Below, piece by piece: positions 23,720 to 37,630 of a DNA stretch of 64,000 nucleotides (its first letter is position 1; each line of letters begins with the position of its first letter). A program made the translations under genes and the position numbers. Origin of the DNA: Vicugna vicugna. Taxonomy: Eukaryota. Where the stretch lies: the NCBI GenBank assembly GCA_013265495.1, contig MU057711.1, positions 2,368,844-2,432,843 on the forward strand, written 5' to 3'. Below the pieces are notes generated by a model, which saw nothing but the letters and a program-made list of their open reading frames with translations, searched no databases and was not told where the DNA came from.

Positions 23720-24655
23720 CTTCACTTCCCCGCTAGGTGATTCATCTCAGGACTCTCACATGTACTAAAAGACTCTCAAAGTTCCACCTCCAGTTTGGAC
23801 CACACTCTTTGGACAGCTCCATCTGGAGGTCTAACAGGGATCTCAAAATGTCCAAAACTGAGTTGCTGGATCTTCCTCCCAAAGCAGTCCCTCTAAAATC
23901 TTCCCCATCTCAGTCAATAGCAATGTCATCCTTCTAGATTCAGTCTAAAGCCCTGGCGTCCTCCTTGACTTCACTCTCTCACACCCTGCTTTGATTAGTC
24001 AAGAAATCCTACCAGCTGACTGTTGATTCCTTCTCAGTACCTCAGTGCTACTCTATGGTCCAGTTCTCATCTGGATTATGACAGCAGTTCCCGTTTCTCC
24101 CCTTGCCCCCATGAAATCTGTCATCCACACAGCAGCCATGGTGATCATTTTAAAATTATAAGCTAGATTGGGTTACTACTCTGCTCAAAATCCACGAGTA
24201 TTTTCCCATCTCACTTTGGGTAAACTTCCAAGTCCTTAGAAAGATCTAATGCCATCTGTTATCTCCCCTACACTCTTTCTGCCCCATACTGCTCTTCTTG
24301 GTCTTTAAATGTGTCACGTAGGTTCCCACCTCAAGGCCTTTGCACAGCTGTTCCACAGGCTGGAATCTCTTCTTTCAGACAGCAGCAATGTTTGCTTCTT
24401 TACCTCCTTGAGTTTTTGCTCAATGTTCACTTAGCAAAGCATTCCCTGACTACCCTATTTAAAACTACTCTCCTTCTCCCAGTCTTAGCACTATCCTCCT
24501 TTGTGTCTTTACTTTTCTCCAAAACACCTGTTACCATCTGACAGGAAGGCACGGGTCTTTGCAAGTACTGTTCCCTTGTGGAATCCCCAGCATCTAGAAT
24601 GCCTGGAACATAAGGCACATGAAATGCCTATTTGTGGAATGTATGGATGAATAAT
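23720..24655 (-). mobile_element. L2 LINE relic
   Basis: Typical L2 phrases such as atgtccaaaactgagt, ccacacagcagcc, ccccagcatctagaatgcctgg and atttgtggaat. Confidence 0.65.
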
Positions 24656-25537
24656 CCAGAAAGAATTTGTTCAAACTGGCCAGAAGATATGTGAAGGATA
24701 CAAATGGCCTGATCTTAAACCAGTCAGTCTCTGACCTAGGGACCCCTGCCTTGTAAAACCACTGCCCCCACTACTACCATACATATATAAAAGTGAACAG
24801 CCCTCCCTTTGTCAGAAAACCAGGAGCCTGGTTAATCCATGGAGTTAAATCATTACACATAATGAAAGCTAACAAGGTGCTGGTGCCACGGAGGAATAAC
24901 CCAAGCTCAGTGCCCCGCCACAAGCCAGAATCCCAGTAAATCAAGATGATATCCCATCCTGGGGTGCAAAGTACCCAGCATCCTAAATAAGAGCAAAGAA
25001 AGTTATCTTCCCACAGAAACACGCAGTAAGAGATGGATGAGTGTAATTGCAATAGTTTACTGGTACGTGACGGGTCTAACAGGCACGGATGTGGGCTGCC
25101 TTATGAAATGAATCCTGTCCTACCTCTTGGGGAAAATGTGCTGTGGGTTCCCAAACTGATTAAGTGTGGAACAACTCACTGACACACAAAAATGTTACAG
25201 CAGAGCAGATGGCACATCAACATTCTGAAGCAACAAGCTCCTGAATTTTAGTATGTTGAGGTACACAGCATCGTTAAAAAGATATTTTTGTAAGAAATAA
25301 AATACTGCAGATGCCAATATCAGAAAATATTAGGGAGATAAACTCTTTAAAATATTTAGTTGCCATTAAAGGATGATGATAACTAAGGGTCTATTTAATT
25401 ATAGTCAAATTAAAAAAAAATCACTGAACACATTTTCTACCCTTTGAATTACTCTGTAAGTCTATCAGTAGGTCACTTACGTGTGTTAGTATTTTAGGAC
25501 AATGCAGCACTCTAATACTGATGAACCAGTGACTCAC

Positions 25538-25673
25538 CTGAAATCGCTCGGGAGCTCAGAGTCTTCCCCATACGTTGAATAGATTAAATCAGAATCGTCC
25601 TTGCTGATATTTGCAAATGTGGAGTCATAATGTGGTGCATAAGAACTGTAGGGTCCATAATTCAAATATAACA
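25538..25673 (-). CDS. BRD7: BRD7 exon 11 (LYLNYGPYSSYAPHYDSTFANISKDDSDLIYSTYG...DF)
   Basis: ctcaag|TG ... AG|gtgagt. Confidence 0.94.
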
Positions 25674-26074
25674 CTTGAGAAAAGAAAAGAACTACAATTA
25701 AAAAAACTATAATACTATTCTTTATCTTGTATGTCAATCTATTTTGTTGTTTTATTAGATTCCTGCTAACTTTGCTACTGCGTTGACTGGCGTACAAATC
25801 TAAGGTAAGTACCTTCTCCCAAACACGTACTTGTAAAGTCACAACTCAAGTGAATTTTTCCCTACGATGGGAAAAGGAAAAAAGAAGTAACAAAACTCAT
25901 TTTGAATATTAATACTGATTTTTCAGTTTCTTAAGTTAATAAAATAATTAATGTTACAAAAATACCACGAAGAAAGTGTATAAAGTAATAAATGGTAGTT
26001 ATGCTTCTTTTCCCCAACTCCTTGAAAGACAAGAAAAAAAAGAGAAAAAACATGACCAACATGTGGGGGCTTAC

Positions 26075-26182
26075 CTGGAGTTACTTTGTTCCTTTTATCT
26101 TCTTTGAACCCCTGCAAAGTATTCACTCCAGACTGAAGTCTTCCAGTCGTCATCCCCAGTCTCACGGGGCAGTAGCCTGGTT
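26075..26182 (-). CDS. BRD7: BRD7 exon 10 (PGYCPVRLGMTTGRLQSG...KVTP)
   Basis: tttcag|AA ... G|gtaagc. Confidence 0.94.
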
Positions 26183-27109
26183 CTGAAACATGAGACAGTC
26201 ACGGTGGAGTGGGCTCGTGTGGTAGCGAGCCAAATGGTGCTCTGCAGTCTGCGAGCACACTGCTTGGTGCCATCCACAGGACGCCGGGCAGCCCTCACTA
26301 TCCCCATTTCTAACGTAAGAAAACCTGAGCTTAGAATGGCAGGAATGCAGCCAGGAACAAAATCTGGTCCTTTCCATTATATTCTACTGCTTCCTGGAAT
26401 TCTTTATAATCATGTGGCACACTTCACTTAAAAAAACATGTTTAAAAGCTGGGCCTTTTAACGTTAAGACAGTAGAAGTAAAGCAGCAGAAAAGGTCAAG
26501 TAAAAGACTGGGTAAGAGAGAATACCCAATTAATGACAAGAATCCATAATACAGTGAGGATAAATTAATATTCGCAAGAGACAGACTTGTAGTGCAAGGA
26601 AGATAGCCTTTAAAGATGTGAATCAGGAATGAACCCCCATAATGACACTGGAAATCTGTGATATAAGCACAAGAACTGAGAAGGATGACAGCAGGAGAAA
26701 ACGTGGTCTCCAGCAAAATCCCACAGGAAGGCTGCTGTCTCCTCAAGAAGAGTCCTGGTTTTCCTAACATGACCACACTGCAAGAGATTCTATTGCCACA
26801 GGTCATCAGTGTGACAAAAAAAGCACTTGTGAGAACCTTCGAACATCTAAATCAGATCTTCTTTCCTTGGTAAGCAGTCTGGAATTTGGTGTCCTAACTG
26901 GTACTGGCACCTCCAACCAGGAGGATGAAACTCGGGGTGGACAGGGGCATCTTCTACTGTAAGCCAGAAACTGGTCTCCTGAGGGAGCTGCTCTAAGTGT
27001 GAGGAGTCAAATTTTGGCCACAGCTGATAATGTCTACAGGAATGGGAAACCCAGAAAATCACACCAAGAGCAGAGACCAGAACCTCAGGTACAAAGAAAG
27101 GGGTAGATC

Positions 27110-27345
27110 TTTTTTTTTTTTTTTGGCATACGTATTTTTATTGAAGTACAGTCCATTTACAATGTTGTGTCAATTTCTGGTGTACAGCACAATCCTTCAG
27201 TCATACGTGAATATACATATATTCATTTTCACATGCTTTTTCACCATAAGTTACAAGATACTGAATATAGTTCCCTGTGCTATACAGTATGAACTTGTTG
27301 TTTATCTATTTTATATATATTAGTGTCTGCAAATCTTGCACTCCC
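27110..27345 (-). mobile_element. LINE-1 3' end fragment
   Basis: Poly-T followed by reverse-complement similarity to the 3'UTR at 21780-21985. Confidence 0.8.
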
Positions 27346-28133
27346 AGAGGGATGTAGGTCTTAAGGTGTCACCTAAATCAACCTAGTTGCATCTCTTTTC
27401 AAAATTTCCCCACAGCCATACTAGAAAGGGCAATGTTCTTAATTCTGTGGCATTTTCTTTGACCTGAAACCCTAAAAAATTCTACTATGAAAATTTCATA
27501 AAAAAGTAAAAAAATGAGTTTTGTTTCAAAACATAGCACCAGTTCTTTTTCTTCTAAGTACAGGAGCCTATCAGTGTTCTCCTCTGCACAGTCAAGAGTG
27601 GATGCTGAGAACATCGACAGGCTCACCCTTTCAGTCTTCAAGTGCATCAAGCTCTTCTCTGCTTCAGTTTCTTCTACCTGCTATTCCCCAATTCCTTACT
27701 CACTATTTTGGGATTAATCTAAACATCCCCAGACACTAGACACTCCTGTTACGGACTACCACAGCTGCTCCGTTCCTCTGTCGTACTGATTCGTGGTGGA
27801 CAAGGTTTACATTATTTTTGCTTGTGTCCTCCTTTCCCCACCCCACAGGACGCAAGAGGAAGGGACTTGTCTCTTCCTGTTCTGTTCCCTTTGTACACCT
27901 AGCTGCACCTCATGCTCCTAATACAGAGCCTTGCTCATAGCAAAACAGTAAGTACTGGAGACTATTTCCTAACTGTCATAATTCATTTTTGTATCTCCGA
28001 TTATCTCTCTCCTCATGACAGTATGAAAACAGGTATTTATAAAACAATATTCTCATATTTGCTTATCACAACTTATGATTTTTCCTCTCTCAGAATGACA
28101 AAAATTTCCCATTCTTACATCAAATTTCAAAAT

Positions 28134-29931
28134 CTAACCAAGGAGGTGAAAGAATAATACACAGAAAACTATAAACCATTGATGAAGGAAATTAAAGAAG
28201 ACTTTAAAAAATGGAAAGATATTCCATGCTCCTGGATTGGAAGAATCAATATTGTTAAAATGGTCACACTGCCCAAGGCAATCTACAGATTTAATGCAAT
28301 CCCTATCCAATTACCCAGGACATATTTCACAGAACTAGAACAAATCATAATAAAATTTATATGGAACCATCAAAGACCTAGAATTGCTAAAGCATTACTG
28401 AAGAGAAAGAAAGAGGCTGGAGGAATAACTCTCCCAGACTTCAGACAATACTATAGAGCTACAGTCATCAAGACAGCATGGTATTGGTACCAAAACAGAC
28501 ATATAGACCAATGGAACAGAATAGAGAGCCCAGAAATGAACCCACAAACTTTTGGTCAACTCATCTTCGACAAAGGAGGCAAGAATATACAATGGAATAA
28601 AGACAGTCTCTTCAGCAAATGGTGTTGGGAAAACTGGACAGCAGCATGTAAAACAATGAAGCTAGAACACACCCTTACACCATATACAAAAATCAACTCA
28701 AAATGGATTAAAGACTTAAACATAAGACAAGATACAATAAACCTCCTAGAGGAAAACATAGGCAAAACATTATCTGACATACATTTCAAAAATTTTCTCC
28801 TAGAAGAAATAAAAGCAAGAATAAACAAATGGGACCTAATGAAACTTACAAGCTTCTGCAGAGCAAAGGAAACCAGAAATAAAACAAGAAGAAAACCTAC
28901 GGAATGGGAGAAAATTTTTGCAAGTGAAACCGACAAAGGCTTGATCTCCAAAATATATAAGCAGCTCATACGACTCAATAAGAAAAAAATAAACAACCCA
29001 ATCCAAAAATGGGCAGAAGACCTAAACAAGCAATTCTCCAAGGAAGACATACAAATGATCAAAAAGCACATGAAAAAATGTTCAATATCACTAATTATCA
29101 GAGAAATGCAAATCAAAACTACAATGAGGTATCACCTCACACCAGTCAGAATGGCCGTCATTCAAAAATCCACAAATGACAAATGCTGGAGAGGCTGTGG
29201 AGAAAGGGGAACCCTCCTACACTGCTGGTGGGAATGCAGTTTGGTGCAGCCACTATGGAAAACAGTGTGGAGATTCCTCAAAAGACTAGGAATAGACTTA
29301 CCATATGACCCAGGAATCCCACTCCTGGGCTTGTATCCAGAAGGAAATCTACTTCAGGATGACACCTGCACCCCAATGTTCATAGCAGCACTATTTACAA
29401 TAGCCAAAACATGGAAACAGCCTAAATGTCCATCAACAGGTGACTGGATAAAGAAGATGTGGTATATTTATACAATGGAATACTACTCAGCCATAAAAAC
29501 CGACAACATAATGCCATTTGCAGCAACATGGATGTTCCTAGAGAATGTCATTCTAAGTGAAGTAAGCCAGAAAGAGAAAGAAAAATACCATATGAGATCA
29601 CTCATATGTGGAATCTAAGAAACAAACAAACAAACAAAAACAAAGCGTAAATACAGGACAGAAATAGACTCATGGACAGAGAATACAGACCTGCGGTTAC
29701 CAGGGGGGTAGAGGGTGGGAAGGGATAGACTGGGATTTCAAAATTGTAGAATAGATAAACAAGATTACACTGTATAGCACAGGGAAATATACACAAAATG
29801 TTATGATAAATCACAGAGAAAAAAATGTGACAATGAGTGTGTATATGTCCATGAATGACTGAAAAATTGTGCTGAACACTGGAATTTGACACATTGTAAA
29901 ATGATTATAAATCAATAAAAAATGTTAAAAA
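28134..29931 (+). mobile_element. Young 5'-truncated LINE-1 (ORF2 C-terminal 479 codons open, 3'UTR, A-tail, 12-bp TSD)
   Basis: ORF 28179-29618 has L1 ORF2 motifs [18 protein letters not shown] and the CCHC-type [30 protein letters not shown] occurs at 28122-28133 and 29932-29943. Confidence 0.96.
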
Positions 29932-30472
29932 AAATTTCAAAATATTCCCTATATTCTCTCCATTAACATATCATTTGAGAAAATATAAATATGACCGAGG
30001 TTCTAAAACAGTGATTCCCAACCTTAATAAACTTCCTATCAACCACAGGGAAGACATATACATTATTCCATTACCATTAAGGTACTGCATGGTATATATA
30101 TTCATTCTATTCCCTGAAATTAAAACGTCAGTTAAATTTATTATGCCATGATCTGAGGGCTTTGAGATACTTAAAGAAATAACTGAGTCTTTACCCCACA
30201 GTCTCTTAAACCTAGGGCTAGAAATTAATATTTTGCTTTGTTAATGGTGAATATGATATTCCACGAACTTTATATTTTAATAAAGCTGATCTGCTGTACC
30301 TATTTTGGGATAAAATAAAGCTAGGCCAGCTGTTACCATGAAATACACAATGCCTGGCCAAGTTCATTGTGGATAATGATATAGTTGGGTTTAACAATAT
30401 TCAGACTTGTTGCTTTAAAACGTTAACCTAGGTAGCATCAAGTTCATGCACAGTCTGATTTTGTGAAAGTAC

Positions 30473-30548
30473 CTCCTACAACAGGATCCACAGGATGCAG
30501 GAGACCCAGTGTTGTTGTTCCATCTGGTTTCCTCCTTTCAAATTCACA
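30473..30548 (-). CDS. BRD7: BRD7 exon 9 (CEFERRKPDGTTTLGLLHPVDPVVG)
   Basis: ttgcag|TGT ... G|gtactt. Confidence 0.93.
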
Positions 30549-31201
30549 CTGCAATGACCCAAAGTATTCAGTTGGTATAAACAGTTTTATATACCATATA
30601 CAGATACATATATAGCTCACCAGAAAACCTTACCTTAGTCAAACTAGTATTATAGGTGGCTCCATCATTACACTCATATCAACTTTCATACCTGTCTCTA
30701 TGTACGCAAGTGGGTTAAAGAAGTGAAGGTTAGAGAAATCTCAGAATTTAAAGAGCTGTGTGGGTCATTAAGGCCACCTAGTTCTGCTTACATTATTAAA
30801 AAAGGACACTGAATACTAGGGAAGGGGAGTACCTTGCCCAAAGTCATGTATTAATTCATTTGGTTTTAGAAACAATGTGTAAACAATATGATTGCAAAAG
30901 ACCAGTGATAAACGCTTTCTTTTAAGCTTAAAGTACATGGTTCATTTTCCAACTTTAGAACACATTAACTTCACTTAAAAAACAAAACAAAACAAACCCC
31001 AAGTCCTTCTACCCAGTAATAGAAGATAATATTAATCATGTACTTTTACAAACAAATACATTATTACTTTTTCTTCTATGTGTGGTCCTAAAGAGTTCTA
31101 TGGCAGATACGGATTAAAAGTACACAAGAAACTTAAAAACTTAAAAGTTTCAGACAACCTGAAATCAGTAGGTAATGAAAAGAAAGGAAAAGCTCGATCA
31201 C

Positions 31202-31325
31202 CTGACTATTAGCAAGCCGCCTGGTCAGCTTTCCTCCAGATTCCTTAACAATGCGGTCAATCTGCTCCTGCTCTCTTTCTAAATTGTTGCTTTTAAATTT
31301 ATCTTCAAGTACATCTTTGTCTTTC
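31202..31325 (-). CDS. BRD7: BRD7 exon 8 (KDKDVLEDKF...TRRLANSQ)
   Basis: tttcag|G ... CAG|gtgatc. Confidence 0.93.
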
Positions 31326-32344
31326 CTGAAAACACACATTAATACTAAGTAAAAAAAAAGAGTAAGATGAAAACATTAAAATGTAATTCCAAAAATGAGT
31401 ACAGTTAAAGTAGAGGAGACATCTGTACTACTGACACCAATTAAAACTGTTCCTTAACAGTCTGGTAAGGGGCCCTGATAACACACAACTAATAAGGCAA
31501 ACCAAGTATACTGGTTAGTTCTTTCCCTTTTTGTGTCCAGTGTTATTTGCTTTAAATGCTTTTCTTAGTATGTTCATAAAAATGAACTCCACCTCAAATA
31601 TATTTTAAAGAAGGGGCGCACAATTTGTTTGATAATTTGTTTCAAGTTCAATTTTTAAAATTTAAATTTAAAATAAACATACATTTAAAAATGTATTAAG
31701 TCTTAGAAATATAGCAAAACCCTGCCACAAGTTTACCTCCATTGCATTATGACAGCAGAAATCCCAAACTGTTAACTACAACCCCCTCCCAGAGTTGACA
31801 GCAAAGTGCTGGGCATCAGGGCTGGTGGGCTATGGTGCGAGTGGGACATACATGACTGCATCTGGCCGTGCCAGCTGCTGCCTGGTAGGACCAGTGGTTC
31901 ATTACTGCTCCTACCAACTGACATTGAGTGGAAAACACGCACACATCCCAGTGACAGCCCATCTGTTTAGAAAGTAGCTTTAACTGTGCTTAGGCTTAAA
32001 AGTACTCTCAATTCCTTCATAGAAAAAGGTAATGAAAACACTTTTTTTCTTAAACAGATAGTTCTATTAAAATAAACTCACTGACTCTAAAGATCTCTAA
32101 AGATAATTTATTGGTTTTAAAACTACTTTCATAAAGAATACATATTCAGAACTATTTTCTGAGCTGTGTTGGGCTAATTCTATATAGTGCTCTGTATGAG
32201 AATAGGGGTATCATATCATCAAAATGGACTTTCATGACAAAACCCAATCCACCACCGACCTAAGGCAGGGCCCCAGTCAGTATTTTCCCCCCTGAACTGG
32301 CTTGAAAAAGACTGCTTAACCCTAGTATTTCAAAGATTTTTTAC

Positions 32345-32529
32345 TTTTTATTTTCCTTATTGGGGCTCTTGAAGGCTGGTGCCTCAGCGTCTCCGGAGTC
32401 TTCCCTCTCTCTCTGCCAGCAGCTGCTGTCCTCCCCACTCTGAGACGTGTCTGTTTTATCTTTCTGCTTTCGACTTTTCTGCAAGTCTGCCATGAAGTCT
32501 ATGCTCTGCTTCAGGCTCTGAATTCTCTC
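32345..32529 (-). CDS. BRD7: BRD7 exon 7 (ERIQSLKQSIDFMADLQK...SPNKENK)
   Basis: ttgtag|GAG ... AA|gtaaaa. Confidence 0.93.
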
Positions 32530-35500
32530 CTACAAATATTCAAGAATATTCTTATTGCATGTTTGTCATTCATTTTTAAAGTAATGCATTCTTTTTTTCC
32601 CACAAGTTTGCACTTATGCTGTCATTAACTAGGGAAGAAAAACAATTAAATGTAATCATACCAACAAAGTAGAATATTTAGGAACCAGGACAATAATATC
32701 TGTTCCTTTAATTCAGATCATTTCCGACATAAGAGAAAGCTTTTTATAACTTTACTGCATCATCAGAAAGTTCACAGAAGAGAAACTTTGAATAAAGACA
32801 AAGTATTCTTTGCAGCACTATATTTTAAAAGTAAAATTTAGTTTAATAGTATGTTAAAATTTTATATTTAACAGAATGAGTTCTCTTTTGAAATTTAAGA
32901 AATATCAGATATTTAAAATCTGGAGCATCTGAACACGTGACGATCCCTTATATTCTGGTACCAAGGGATGGTCACTGATGACTTTGGCATTCCTCTCTGT
33001 GAAAACATGCCTCAAGGAGAACAAAAGGCTGCTAGCATAGCTTCTTTCTCAGAGCATATAATGTTCTAACTGAAAAAGTCTTGTTTTTATTTTGTGAAAC
33101 GTGCTGAATTTTCCACTGCACTGATATGCTGTGAAATTTTCATCATGGTTAAGGGCTTGAGGTTTCTGGACAAATGTTAAACAGGCAGATTTGTTCCTAG
33201 TGACTATTCTCCCTTTTAATTCTGAGTGTTGTCACTGGATAAATATGGAGTGCAGTCTCCTTAGGGCTGCATAGCAACAGCAGGGAAGACTTCTACAGAA
33301 TAATAAAAACTAAGAACTGGACAGGACCAGAAGTAATTCAAGTAAGAACAATGTAGCCCAGAAATGCTAAATGACGCACCTAAGGTCACAGAAAAAGTGA
33401 CTAAGACCAGGGCTCTTGCCTCTCATGATGGGGCCTTTCCTCATCATACTCTGCTGTGTTAGCAGTGTGAACTGTGAGAGCCTCAACAAATGGACCCTTT
33501 TTTACTGGACTATAATTTTAAAATATTGTAAAAATAATCTTTAAAACAACTATTTAAGTAATATTTTTTATTGTAGACAAAGATATGGGTAGAGAAAATA
33601 AAAACCTTGTTAATTTATTATTCAGAGAGGAGAAATGTTAACAGGTTTATCATTCTAGTATTTTTCTAAAGATTACACACATTAGCAAACTGGAATTATA
33701 CTGGACATTTTGTAACAAGCAAAATTTTTTTTTTCAGTTAATAAATTGCAATCATCTCCCCTCTGTATCATTAAATAGTATTTCATCCCATGTGCATCCC
33801 ATAGTTTAATTAACAACTTCCTATTGGACATTTAGCTTATTTCCAAGTTTCCATTATTATAAATAAGTTTCTAGGAATCTCTATCTCTTTAGGATAAATC
33901 CTAGAAGTAAAAAACACTAGGTCAAAGGGGATGAAATACTACTTACTGCCAAGCTGCCTTCCAGAAAAGCTATATTAACTTATATATTAGTATTTAGAAC
34001 TTTTACCAGTGTTTGAAATTTTCTCTGTATGCCTGGCAAACTGAATGGTACTACTATTTCTTAAAAAGACTGCTAATCTGATTTTTAAAAACAGGTCTTA
34101 TTTTAACATAAGATAACATAACATAAAAATATTAGTGAGTGTGATTATTTCTGTATGTGTTTATTGGCCTTTTGTGTTTCCCCTTGTGTATGTCACGTAA
34201 GCCATTTCTTAATTCATTTATTTCTAGCACCTGAAACAGGTTGGCACATAGTAGGTATTCAATAGATGTTGGTTAAATGAATGGGCTTAGACGACAAAGT
34301 TCTCGGTAACCTCCTTAATTTCCATTCTAGAATTTTATAAAGCAGAACCTAAGTTAAGAATATTTGGGGAATCTTTAAAAACATAGTATGTGTAAAATTA
34401 AAATAATTCAATTAGACACATTTTCCAAATTTCAATACATCATAGAAAAAAGGTGAGTTTCATTACTTTTACTCTGAAACCGATGTCCTTCTGTTTTGGC
34501 ATTAAAATGTCTAAATCAGCATACTATATCAATTCTCAATTTTACAAATGACTAAAATGGCTTGAGTCTTTGCCGTTAATAATAGCTAATACCTACTGAG
34601 TGCTTACCCACACACCAGGCATAATTCTGTGAGGTAAGTACTACTGTTAGGCCATTTTACATGACCGGAAAAAGGCTGAGCAGGGTTATGAGGCCTGCCT
34701 AAGGTCACATTGCAGCTCAACAACAGCCAGGACTTGAACCTTGATTAGTCTGGTAATTAGTGGCTGGTGAACCAAAGTCACTGCACTACAAATAATATTG
34801 TGTATACTATAATGCAGCATTTACTATACTTAGGAGATCAAAAGTGTTATTCTATACATGTACTTTCTTTATAAAAATAACATATCTACTAATAGTCACT
34901 ATTTGTGTGTAACTGAAAAAAAATGATGAAAGATCACTCTATAATCTTTACACCGAAAATTCAAGTTATCTTTGAAAAGATACCATTCATGGAAGGGTGT
35001 GCTGGGCTCTCTTGGGAAATGTGTTATTAGAAGAGTAACTCAGAAGGTCTAAAGTTAAATGTTTAAAAATCACTGCTGTTAAGGATCCCTCCCAACTAGG
35101 GTGGAGAGAACAGTCAACAGGAAGCTATAGCACAGGATGGGTAGGGCTCCTCAACAGGAAGATCTGAAAAAAGGGAAAAAAGCGAGAGAGAAAAGAGAAA
35201 GTAGAGAAGAAAGCTCATTTTCTTTGCTTCCAGCCATCCTACCTTCAGTAAAACGCAAGAGATACTGGAATCTTTTGCATGTTATAGTAACTACATTATT
35301 TAGAGATGGGAAAACAGGGGTAAATCAAACTTGATAAATTTACTTTGGATATGTTATAGTCTGCGAATTAAACTTTATCCTAAAAATTCAATGTACATAT
35401 TTCGGAGTGACTAAAGACTGCATTTGCTGGAGGCATTTTTACTTCAAATATGAAATAAAAGTATTAGCAGGTTTTAAAAACTGGAATATGGCTTGGTTTT

Positions 35501-36950
35501 GGATTCGAAGTCTCTCTCCGAAGATTGAGATAAACACTTTATGTTCCTCTTCTCTCTGCAGATTTCGCCAAAGACAGGTAACGGGCTTACATTAGTTTCT
35601 CAAGTCTTTAGGAAAGGGTGGAAACTGATGCTGTCTAAATATTAGGAGTGCAAGGATGATCATCAATTCTCAAATGTTTTTCTTTCCCCAGTTAAGTAGA
35701 TCCAAGAATCTTTCAGAGCCAATCACACAGACACTCAGACATCTGCACACCAAGGCAATTCTTTAAATGTAAAACTGCGATACAAATGATCACCATAAAA
35801 CTTGGAAAACCATGTGCATCTACACATGACTCATTTCTACTATCCTCTAACTCCTGAGCCTGAGCTCAAGTCCTTGACTCTGATTTCTTTTTTCTTCTTC
35901 CAATGTCCATATACCCACTCATTTCTTCTTTGCAAAATCTCTCTCCTATCTTGTCCTTCTTGGTTTCCTCCCTACTCCAGCTCTTACCTAGAATCAGCAC
36001 ATTAATTCTAGCAATCATCTTGGAGATCTCAGATTAAACCTTCTTCTCTAAAGATGAGAACACTGCGGCCCAGAGAGGTTAATGTCTTGCCCAAGGTTCA
36101 CAAGTTAGTGGAAAAGAGCTAAAACGTAGTCTTCTGACTTCCTTCCATGGTAAAGTGCCAGGAATGTCTTAGTTAATTTCCCATCTTACTCAGAGCTGTG
36201 AGTAAAACCTCAAAAGAAGTGACTTATTTTGTGAGTGCTCCTTTCTCACAGTAGATGTATACAACCATAAATCTACCCTTCAAGGTCTTTCATCAGCCAT
36301 TGCTCCGAGGGGAAGCTCCTAGAACTTTCACTCCTATGTACAGTCTCTCTGTTCTGACTAAGTTATCTCGTTTAAGCTCCCTCATGAAGCCTGATGATGT
36401 GTCTGTGTCTCTGTGCACGTCTCTCTCACCTCAAACGCCTTACTATGCACCAGTTCTTGTCCTTCAAGGGAGAGTCTGCTCCTGTGGGGAGGTGGCTTTG
36501 AGACAATTTCAAGTTATTGCTCATTAGTATATTTTGTTTCTTGCTTTCTTCAACTCCTGTACTTCATCAGAAAGTTAGATTCCACCCCTACAAAGGGAAA
36601 TAAGAGCACTTTCCTCCTACAAGATTTCATTACGCATCTAATCTATCCTATCCGGGAACTCAAGTTAATGTTTCTTTCACAGCAAACGTAAGTCTATCTA
36701 GTGAATACCAATTCAAAAGCCTCTAAATAAATAATTACAAGTGAATGCCAATATTTATTTGTATCAATTCCAAATGAGACTTTTCCTGCTTTAATTTTCT
36801 TATGTTAAATTTTTTTCATTTAATATTTCCTACTTTAATATGACCTGCCTATAAAACCAGTACTGTACTAGATCTGTATCACTCAGACCAAAAAACAAAG
36901 GGATACAAACTTTATAATAATTATTATTTATGAGAAAAAATTTCCTTTAC

Positions 36951-37061
36951 CTGGCTAAGAATTTTCATCCCTGAGTGCAATAGCTTCTTTGCAGCTTTAT
37001 AATAAATGGTCTCTGGTTTATTGTAAATCATAGCATTAGTACACATTAGTTTGAAGTTATC
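36951..37061 (-). CDS. BRD7: BRD7 exon 6 (bromodomain: DNFKLMCTNAMIYNKPETIYYKAAKKLLHSGMKILSQ)
   Basis: ttgcag|GAT ... CAG|gtaaag; conserved acetyl-lysine-binding YN present. Confidence 0.95.
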
Positions 37062-37507
37062 CTGCAAAGAAAATAGTAAAGGGGAAATGCGTTAAAATGA
37101 AACAAAGTACCCTTCTGTCCTGGTTTGAAATCATGCAGGTCCTCAAAAAATTAAAAATAACAACAACAACAAAACCCCTATCCTTTTCTTTTATTGTTTA
37201 TTAAACAACATTAATAGCAATTTACTATGCTTTAAAAATCACTAAGAAAGCAAACACTGCTAAATCAATTTAAACATCCTATTATATTCCTTTACAAAAT
37301 TCTTAAACATTCTATAGTAACTATAAAAATTTTAGTTCAGGGTGAAATTTTAAAATGGGTTTCCTCAGTATGATCTTACTGCACACAAAAAGAATGAGAA
37401 GAAAACACTTCTACCTTATACTTAATAATTTTAACTGAGTAGTTCATTTAATTAAAAAATATTCTTAGCTTTCAAATAAACTTTTTAAAAGGCTTTTTCG
37501 AAAATTA

Positions 37508-37630
37508 GTTTTTTGTGTGTGTGTGGGTAATTAGGTTTACTCATTTATTTAATGGAGGTACTAAAGATTGAACCCAGGACCTTATGCATGCTAAGCACAT
37601 ACTCAACCACTCATCTATACCCTTCCCCCA
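37508..37630 (-). mobile_element. tRNA-derived SINE (camelid Vic-1-like)
   Basis: Reverse complement gives a tRNA-like head with a B box (gttcaatc) and an AT-rich tail; similar to the copies at 48318 and 62560. Confidence 0.7.

Noticed and set aside
28395..29116. Antisense ORFs within the L1 (65 aa and 186 aa)
   Set aside because: Typical shadow ORFs on the T-rich antisense strand of L1.
28179..29618. 479-aa ORF as a host or domesticated gene
   Set aside because: It is the C-terminal part of L1 ORF2 within a TSD-flanked truncated insertion. The annotated start is a TTG and no promoter is evident.
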